From the NCBI GenBank assembly GCA_031370645.1, contig JANMQV010000141.1:1-12100 (forward strand): DNA of 12,100 nucleotides. The letters run 5' to 3'. This DNA is from Candidatus Eiseniibacteriota bacterium (GTDB lineage: Bacteria; Eisenbacteria; RBG-16-71-46; SZUA-252). The notes beneath the pieces were generated by a model, which did not search any database, was not told the origin of the DNA, and saw only the letters and a program-made list of their open reading frames with translations. The translations under genes were made by a program, and so were the position numbers. Of this stretch, positions 8,001 to 12,100 are shown piece after piece (positions within the stretch are counted from its first letter, which is position 1; each line of letters starts with the position of its first letter).

Positions 8001-8265
8001 CCTTTCGCGCGACGTGGAAGCCGTTCATCTGCTTGTAGCGGCAGACGACGTCCTTCAGCGTGCGGGAGAGGACGTGGTGAACGCCCGGAAGACCATTGGC
8101 GGTAGGCGGCCCTTCATAGAACACGAACGGCGGTCCGCCCTCGCGACGCTTCACGCCGTTTTCGAACGCGCCAATCTCCCGCCAGAGGGCGAGGATCTTT
8201 TCCTCGGACTTCGGCAAGTCGAGCGAGGTCGAGAACGGAACGAAACGGGGCGACTGCACGGTCAT
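5083..8265 (-). CDS. ileS: Isoleucine--tRNA ligase, type 2 (eukaryote/archaea-like)
   Basis: 1060 aa. EGPPTANGLPGVHH (HIGH site), GWDTHGLPVE, WTTTPWTLP and GTGVVH (editing domain), SRNRYWGTP, EGMDQTRGWFY, KMSKS, LSNWYVRRSRRRFW, and a type-2 C-terminus (ELNVK...EG.VRE) with no C-terminal zinc finger. Confidence 0.98.
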   Translation of the reverse strand: MTVQSPRFVPFSTSLDLPKSEEKILALWREIGAFENGVKRREGGPPFVFYEGPPTANGLPGVHHVLSRTLKDVVCRYKQMNGFHVARKGGWDTHGLPVEIAVERELGINGKDQIEKFGIAEFNALCKKSVLKYESEWRRLTERIGYWLDMDAPYFTFANEYIESVWWILRQYYDKGFLYEGHKIVPYCPRCGTPLSSHEVSQGYQDVTEPSVTVKFALEDEPGAFVLAWTTTPWTLPGNVALAVGPDLPYVRVRQTIDGREERYYLARARLAQLTGEYEVEKELRGAELIGRHYTPLFDFLHLGEVAGKKAYYVAAADFVTTEDGTGVVHTAVMYGEDDYLLGQRLDLPMHHTVDAQGRFTAEVAPWAGQFVKDAESDIRRDLRRRGLLYREENTTHAYPFCWRCESPLLYYAWKTWYLATTRYREEMIAANRTVAWHPPEIGANRFGNWLENNVDWALSRNRYWGTPLNLWRCEGCGAVRCVGSVEELRQGKGLVEPLDLHRPHVDSVTFDCAACGAVQRRVPEVIDVWFDSGAMPFAQWHYPFEHQDDFDRRYPADYISEGMDQTRGWFYTLMAIGVFVKGEAPYRHVLPNELILDKEGKKMSKSKGNVVEPNAILDQRGADALRFYLLSTSPPWTSTRFDLEGVTEVTKKLIGTLRNVAQFFVLYANIDSYEPGTKAKATPTLLDRWILSRLHTLVGTCRTALDGYDLTRGARAIQEFVIEELSNWYVRRSRRRFWKETDRADKRAAYDTLHECLETVARLLAPYTPFLAEELHQNLVRTAHPDAPASIHWCDYPVADRARVDEALERGMEIVLRVVNQARAARNASSLRVRQPLRRVAVAGLGARDAEALASLADLVLDELNVKELVTDLPRDAMISLAAKANFPVLGKKAGPAMKELASKIQAAPVAEIQAAIARDGWTVEAGGASFTLVAEDVLIQGGSKAPWAAQADGTLVVAVDTTLDEALKAEGLVRELAHRIQALRKSADFDVTDRIRLGWELSPALQEACAKHETFLRDEVLAEEVGTKVPAGPGAAVEEWNFDGERARVGIERAKQGG

Positions 8266-9161
8266 GCGCGCGGCTCCGTTCGGGGCGCGCCGGGCGCCGG
8301 CATCCGCTCGACGACGCGCGTGACGAGCCGCGTGAGGACCGGTTCGGTCTTCGCGGCGGTGGCGAGGATCTTCGCCACGTTTACCGGCCCGAGCGCGTCG
8401 GGGAAGCAGGTGTCGGTGATGACGGCGAACGCGAGGACGCGCATGCCGCCGTGGACCGCCACGATCGTCTCGGGCACGAGCGACATCCCGACCACGTCGG
8501 CGCCCACCGTACGAAGGAAGCGGTACTCGGCGCGAGTCTCGAGATTCGGGCCGGCCACGCCGACGAAAACCGCCTCGCGAAGCGCGATCTTCTCTTCCAG
8601 GGCGATTCCCCGTGCGAGCGCGACGAGGCCGCGGTCGTACGGTTCGGACATGTCGGGAAAACGGGGACCGAGCGAGTCGTCGTTCGGGCCGACGAGGGGG
8701 TTATCCCCCATGAGATTGATGTGATCGACGACGACGACGAGGTCGCCCGCTTGGTGGAGCGGATGCATGCCGCCGACGGCGTTGGTCGCGATGAGGGTCT
8801 CGACGCCGAGTGCGCGAAGGACGCGAACGGGGAAGGTCACCGCCTTCATGTCGTGCCCTTCGTAAAAATGAGCGCGACCGCTCAAGATCGCCGTGGGCCG
8901 GCCGCCCAAGCGCCCGACGATCAGATCTCCGGTGTGGCTCGCCACGGCCGTCCGCGGGAAGTGCGGGATGTCGGCGTACGGAATCGTGACCGCGTCGGTC
9001 ATGGCCGAAGCGAACTGGCCGAGTCCCGTGCCGAGGATGATGCCGACCTCGGGGGCGAAGGGAAGCCTCGGGCGAAGCGCGTCGCGCGCCGCCTCGATCC
9101 GGCGGCGTTCGTCCGCGGGCGCGGCCGACCGGGCCGTGTTCGCCTCCGCGTTGCCGCTCAT
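8262..9161 (-). CDS. Purine nucleoside phosphorylase (trimeric PNP/MTAP family)
   Basis: IILGTGLG, GRAHFYEG, TNAVGG, DHIN, GPRFPDMS, GPNLETRAE and DVVGMS motifs. ATG 9161 overlaps the DUF167 stop; its stop overlaps the ileS ATG. Confidence 0.95.
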   Translation of the reverse strand: MSGNAEANTARSAAPADERRRIEAARDALRPRLPFAPEVGIILGTGLGQFASAMTDAVTIPYADIPHFPRTAVASHTGDLIVGRLGGRPTAILSGRAHFYEGHDMKAVTFPVRVLRALGVETLIATNAVGGMHPLHQAGDLVVVVDHINLMGDNPLVGPNDDSLGPRFPDMSEPYDRGLVALARGIALEEKIALREAVFVGVAGPNLETRAEYRFLRTVGADVVGMSLVPETIVAVHGGMRVLAFAVITDTCFPDALGPVNVAKILATAAKTEPVLTRLVTRVVERMPAPGAPRTEPRA

Positions 9162-9430
9162 GGTTCCGCTTCCAGCCGTTGCCACAGTTCCGCCTCCTCG
9201 ATGCCCTCGACTTCGATCCACTTCACGCGAGAACTCGCCCCGCCCGCCACGCGCACGTTTCGGCGCGGCACACCCAGCCGTTCGGCCAGGAGTTCGACCA
9301 CGGCATCGTTGGCTTTTCCATCCTCCGGCGCGGCCGTGACCCGCACGCGGATCCTCGACTGCCCCGCGGCGCGGGACGCCTCCACCGAGTTCGCGCGACT
9401 CTTCGGCGTCACATTCACTTGAAATCGCAC
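9158..9430 (-). CDS. DUF167 / YggU family protein
   Basis: V.VTPKS, RVRVTAAPEDGKAN and GASSRVK motifs. GTG start at 9430, 7 nt after the yggS stop, with a purine-rich SD upstream. Confidence 0.92.
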   Translation of the reverse strand: MRFQVNVTPKSRANSVEASRAAGQSRIRVRVTAAPEDGKANDAVVELLAERLGVPRRNVRVAGGASSRVKWIEVEGIEEAELWQRLEAEP

Positions 9431-9437
9431 GCGCCCT

Positions 9438-10148
9438 CTATCCTCCGGCTTCCTCGCGGGACATCCCGCGGGCGCCAAATAGTGCGGAGCCGACGCGAAC
9501 GATCGTCGCGCCTTCTTCGGCGGCGATCTCGAAATCGTCCGACATCCCCATCGAGAGCCCGGCGTCTTGCCCGAGCGATCCCGACTTCGCAGCCTCGTCT
9601 CGTAGCCGCGCCAGCATCCGAAAGGACGTCCGCGCGCCTTCTGGCCCGCCGTGGAGCGGACCGATCGTCATGAGCCCCGCCAAACGGATCGACGGCTCCT
9701 GAGCAGCCCTCGCCACGAGCGCCAACGCGCCCTCGGGCGCTACGCCATGCTTTCCTGGATCGCCCGAGGTGTTGACCTCGATGTATCCGGTCATCACGCG
9801 CCCTTCCGCGGCAGCGCGCCGCGCGACCTCCGCCACGAGATCCTCGCTGTCGAGCGAGTGGATCTCGTCGAAGAGGGCGACCGCGCGCTTCGCCTTGTTC
9901 CGTTGCAGGTGACCGATGAGATGCCACCGCGGTTCGGGGCCGATTTCCGGAATCTTGGCATCGGCCTCCTGGACTCGGTTCTCCCCGAACTCGTGGAGAC
10001 CGAGCGCCATCGCCTCGCGGACGACCGAAGGGGGAAATCCCTTCGTCACGGCGAGGAGCCGCACCGAATCGGGCGCTCGTCCAGAACGCTCCGCCGCACG
10101 CGAAAGCCGCCCTCGAATCCGCTCGATCCGCTCGCTCAGGTTCGCCAC
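9438..10148 (-). CDS. yggS: YggS/PLPBP pyridoxal-phosphate homeostasis protein; start approximate
   Basis: LLAVTK (PLP Lys), FGENRVQE, WHLIGHLQRNK, GLMTI, LSMGMSDDFEIA and VRVGSALFG motifs. GTG 10148 chosen by where family similarity begins and because it lies downstream of the predicted promoter. Confidence 0.96.
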   Translation of the reverse strand: MANLSERIERIRGRLSRAAERSGRAPDSVRLLAVTKGFPPSVVREAMALGLHEFGENRVQEADAKIPEIGPEPRWHLIGHLQRNKAKRAVALFDEIHSLDSEDLVAEVARRAAAEGRVMTGYIEVNTSGDPGKHGVAPEGALALVARAAQEPSIRLAGLMTIGPLHGGPEGARTSFRMLARLRDEAAKSGSLGQDAGLSMGMSDDFEIAAEEGATIVRVGSALFGARGMSREEAGG

Positions 10149-10185
10149 GTCGTTCGCTGATACCCCCCGGAAATGGAAGCCGCAA

Positions 10186-10215
10186 AGTATAGGGTCCGTT
10201 CTCGCGGCGGGACAA
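10186..10215 (-). promoter_or_regulatory. Putative sigma70 promoter of the yggS...tRNA-Val operon
   Basis: Minus strand TTGTCC (10215-10210), 18-nt spacer, TATACT (10191-10186), in the divergent intergenic region about 40 nt above the yggS start. Confidence 0.6.
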
Positions 10216-10282
10216 CCGAAAAGCCCGGTCGGAAGTGCTTTTCCGCGGCGCACTTCGGCGGGGCGCGCCACCCTCCGGTCCG

Positions 10283-10291
10283 TGCTACCCT
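10283..10291 (+). promoter_or_regulatory. Possible extended -10 promoter for the plus-strand genes
   Basis: TG-C-TACCCT about 43 nt before ATG 10334; no recognisable -35. Confidence 0.35.
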
Positions 10292-10333
10292 GGGACCGTC
10301 CGAAACGACGGAACCGACTCGGGAGAAACCGCC

Positions 10334-10693
10334 ATGACGAAAATTCTTCTTCATTTCGCGATCATCGTCGCTACATTCCTCGTCCTCGCCCGATATCTGC
10401 CGGGGTTTTACGTCCCCGACCTGGGCACGGCGGTCATCGCGGCGCTTGTGTTCGGTCTCGTGAACGCCACGCTTGGCCCGATCGTCACGTTTCTCTCGCT
10501 CCCCTTGATCGTGCTTTCGCTCGGGCTCTTCTGGTTCGTAGTAAATGGGTTCCTGCTCATCGTCGTTGCCTTCCTGGTCCCGAACTTCGCCATCAACGGA
10601 TGGTGGCCCGCGATCATCGGCGCGGTCGTGCTGGCGGCGGTGAACCTGCTCTTCAGCCGAGCCACGGCGGCGCGCGACAAGTCGAAGGAGTGA
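10334..10693 (+). CDS. Phage-holin-family (YvlD/DUF360-like) four-helix membrane protein
   Basis: 119 aa, very hydrophobic. LPGF.V, ALVFGLVNA...P, LSLPL..LSLGLF.FVVNG, F.I.G.WPAIIGA match the family. SD GGGAGA at 10321-10326. Confidence 0.9.
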   Translation: MTKILLHFAIIVATFLVLARYLPGFYVPDLGTAVIAALVFGLVNATLGPIVTFLSLPLIVLSLGLFWFVVNGFLLIVVAFLVPNFAINGWWPAIIGAVVLAAVNLLFSRATAARDKSKE

Positions 10694-11865
10694 ACCGACG
10701 GCTCCCGGAGGGACTGGAGCCGAACCGACTCGCGCGACTCCTGAACGAGAAGCGCCGCGCGGGGCGCGACGTCCTCGATCTCACCGTCACGAATCCGACG
10801 CAGGTGGGCCTCGTCGCTCTTGATTCCGAGGCCCTCGCGGCGCTCGGTTCCGGCGCCGCGGCAGCCTATTCGCCCGACCCGGCCGGACTTCGAAGCGCGC
10901 GGGAAGCGATCGCGCGCGAGTTCTCGTCGCCCGATGCCCCGATCGCGTCGGAACAACTCTTTCTCACATCGAGCAGCAGCGAGTCCTACGCCCATCTCTT
11001 CCGACTCCTTTGCGAACCGGGTGACGACATCGTCGTCCCTCGCCCCTCCTATCCGCTCTTCGACCCGATCGCGAGGCTCGAGGACGTTCGGCTGGAGACC
11101 TACCGGCTCACATACGACGGCCGCTGGAAACTCGATCTCGATTCGCTGGAAGCGGCCATCGGCTCCCACACGCGCGCGATCGTCCTCGTGGAGCCGAATA
11201 ACCCGACCGGATCGGTTTTGGCCCCGGACGAGCGACGAGCGGTCGAGGCGCTGGCCGAACGGCGGGGGCTCGCGATCATCTCGGACGAAGTGTTCCGGGA
11301 GTTTCCATGGGCTGACGGGGGCGGACTTTCCACCTGGAGTGGGGCCCGATCGGTGCCGACGTTTGTCCTCGGCGGATTGTCAAAGTCGTGCGGCTTGCCG
11401 CAATTGAAGTTGGGGTGGATCGCCGTCGGGGGCCCAGCCGACGCGGTTCAGAGGCACTCGACGGGCCTCGAGTGGATTCTCGACCTCTTTCTTTCGGTCG
11501 GGACGCCGGTGCAGGTCGCCCTTCCCTTTCTCCTGGCGAGACGGAGCGAGTTCCAGGAGTCGGTTCTCGCACGATTGCGTTCGAATCTCCGTACCTGGCG
11601 AGAGTGGAGCGCGCGAAACGGCGCGACCCTTCTCGAAGCGGACGGAGGGTGGAGCGCGGTGATTCGCTGGGATGCGTTCGCCGCGCCAGGGCGCGATCCG
11701 GCGGAGTGGGCGCTCGAGGAGACCGACGTCCTGCTCCACCCCGCACACTTCTATGACTTCGACGACGACAGGCACGTCGTGGCGAGCCTTCTCCCGGAGC
11801 CGGCCGTTCTGGTCGACGCGCTGAGACGATTGGAGCATGGAATGAACGTGCTCCGGCGGGAGTAG
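10690..11865 (+). CDS. PLP-dependent aminotransferase class I/II-fold enzyme, substrate unknown
   Basis: GTG start overlaps the upstream TGA (GTGA); 391 aa. LDLTVTNPT, Y.PDP.G, TSSSSESY, P.PSYP, PNNPTG, IISDEVF and GLSK (PLP Lys232) motifs. The first ~258 aa of the 649-aa ORF-track entry are spurious. Confidence 0.93.
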   Translation: MNRRLPEGLEPNRLARLLNEKRRAGRDVLDLTVTNPTQVGLVALDSEALAALGSGAAAAYSPDPAGLRSAREAIAREFSSPDAPIASEQLFLTSSSSESYAHLFRLLCEPGDDIVVPRPSYPLFDPIARLEDVRLETYRLTYDGRWKLDLDSLEAAIGSHTRAIVLVEPNNPTGSVLAPDERRAVEALAERRGLAIISDEVFREFPWADGGGLSTWSGARSVPTFVLGGLSKSCGLPQLKLGWIAVGGPADAVQRHSTGLEWILDLFLSVGTPVQVALPFLLARRSEFQESVLARLRSNLRTWREWSARNGATLLEADGGWSAVIRWDAFAAPGRDPAEWALEETDVLLHPAHFYDFDDDRHVVASLLPEPAVLVDALRRLEHGMNVLRRE

Positions 11866-11875
11866 ACTCCGAAGC

Positions 11876-12100
11876 ATGACCGTCACCCGAAGGCCCGATC
11901 CGAATCGTCGACGCCGCTCCGCCGTGGCCGCGATCGTGCTAGCGACGCTCGCTCCCTGCCTCCCCACGACGCACCCCGCCAGTGCCGGCTCGAAGGCGGC
12001 CATTCCCGCACCCGACCGAAAGGCGCTGGAGCAAACGCTCGCGAAAGCCTTCCGCGCGCTCCCCGTACCCTCGAAGAAGTTTCGCGAGGACCGCACGAGC
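11876..12100 (+). CDS. Exported hypothetical protein, N-terminal part only (runs off the right edge)
   Basis: Translated by hand: MTVTRRPDPNRRRRSAVAAIVLATLAPCLPTTHPASA|GSKAAIPAPDRKALEQTLAKAFRALPVPSKKFREDRTS. Starts 10 nt after the aminotransferase stop and is open to the edge; Arg-rich N-region, hydrophobic stretch, A-S-A site. Confidence 0.6.
   Translation, partial: MTVTRRPDPNRRRRSAVAAIVLATLAPCLPTTHPASAGSKAAIPAPDRKALEQTLAKAFRALPVPSKKFREDRTS

Noticed and set aside
8266..8330. T-box or attenuator upstream of ileS
   Set aside because: This stretch is the PNP coding 3' end, overlapping the ileS ATG; no T-box motif or leader space.
5224..8724. 1166-aa antisense ORF opposite ileS (possible bidirectional synthetase coding)
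   Set aside because: It is in codon register with ileS, so it stays open because a high-GC gene avoids TTA, CTA and TCA codons. The translation has no recognisable motifs; shadow ORF.
9916..10689. N-terminal extension of the 649-aa ORF suggesting a fusion to the aminotransferase
   Set aside because: It overlaps yggS (antisense) and the holin-family gene in another frame and is Arg/Pro-rich noise. Family similarity starts at GTG 10690.
10334..10693. Prophage or lysis cassette implied by the holin family name, with MltG as a lysin
   Set aside because: No phage genes are present, this family is common in non-phage contexts, and MltG is a housekeeping enzyme in a different operon.
905..12096. 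Remaining overlapping ORFs in the track (e.g. 967-1758, 1775-2479, 3489-4271, 4608-5471, 8451-9422, 9415-10215, 10408-11169, 11380-12096)
   Set aside because: Alternative-frame or antisense shadows of well-supported genes, with Arg/Gly/Pro-biased composition typical of high-GC DNA and no motifs.

Overview
High-GC bacterial core-genome window. The gene order ileS-dksA-lspA-rluD, DUF3098 and a type-2 IleRS suggest an FCB-superphylum lineage (inference only). Most of it is one tightly coupled minus-strand operon of about 9.7 kb: yggS, DUF167/yggU, purine nucleoside phosphorylase, ileS, DksA/TraR zinc finger, lspA, rluD, ruvX/yqgF, mltG, larE-like, DUF3098, tRNA-Val(TAC). Downstream, a near-consensus sigma70 promoter and a ~210-nt structured leader precede a secreted protein that runs off the left edge and is missing from the ORF track. 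Divergent on the plus strand are a YvlD/phage-holin-family membrane protein, a class I/II PLP enzyme and a partial secreted protein. No mobile element, CRISPR array or defence system is visible, and I cannot support a wholly new multi-gene system. The notable points are residue-level variants (GVHH in IleRS, Asn-to-Asp in PNP, missing arginines in the PLP enzyme, His for Asp in YqgF), an orphan three-cysteine LarE next to a tRNA, and the regulatory region at 227-461.
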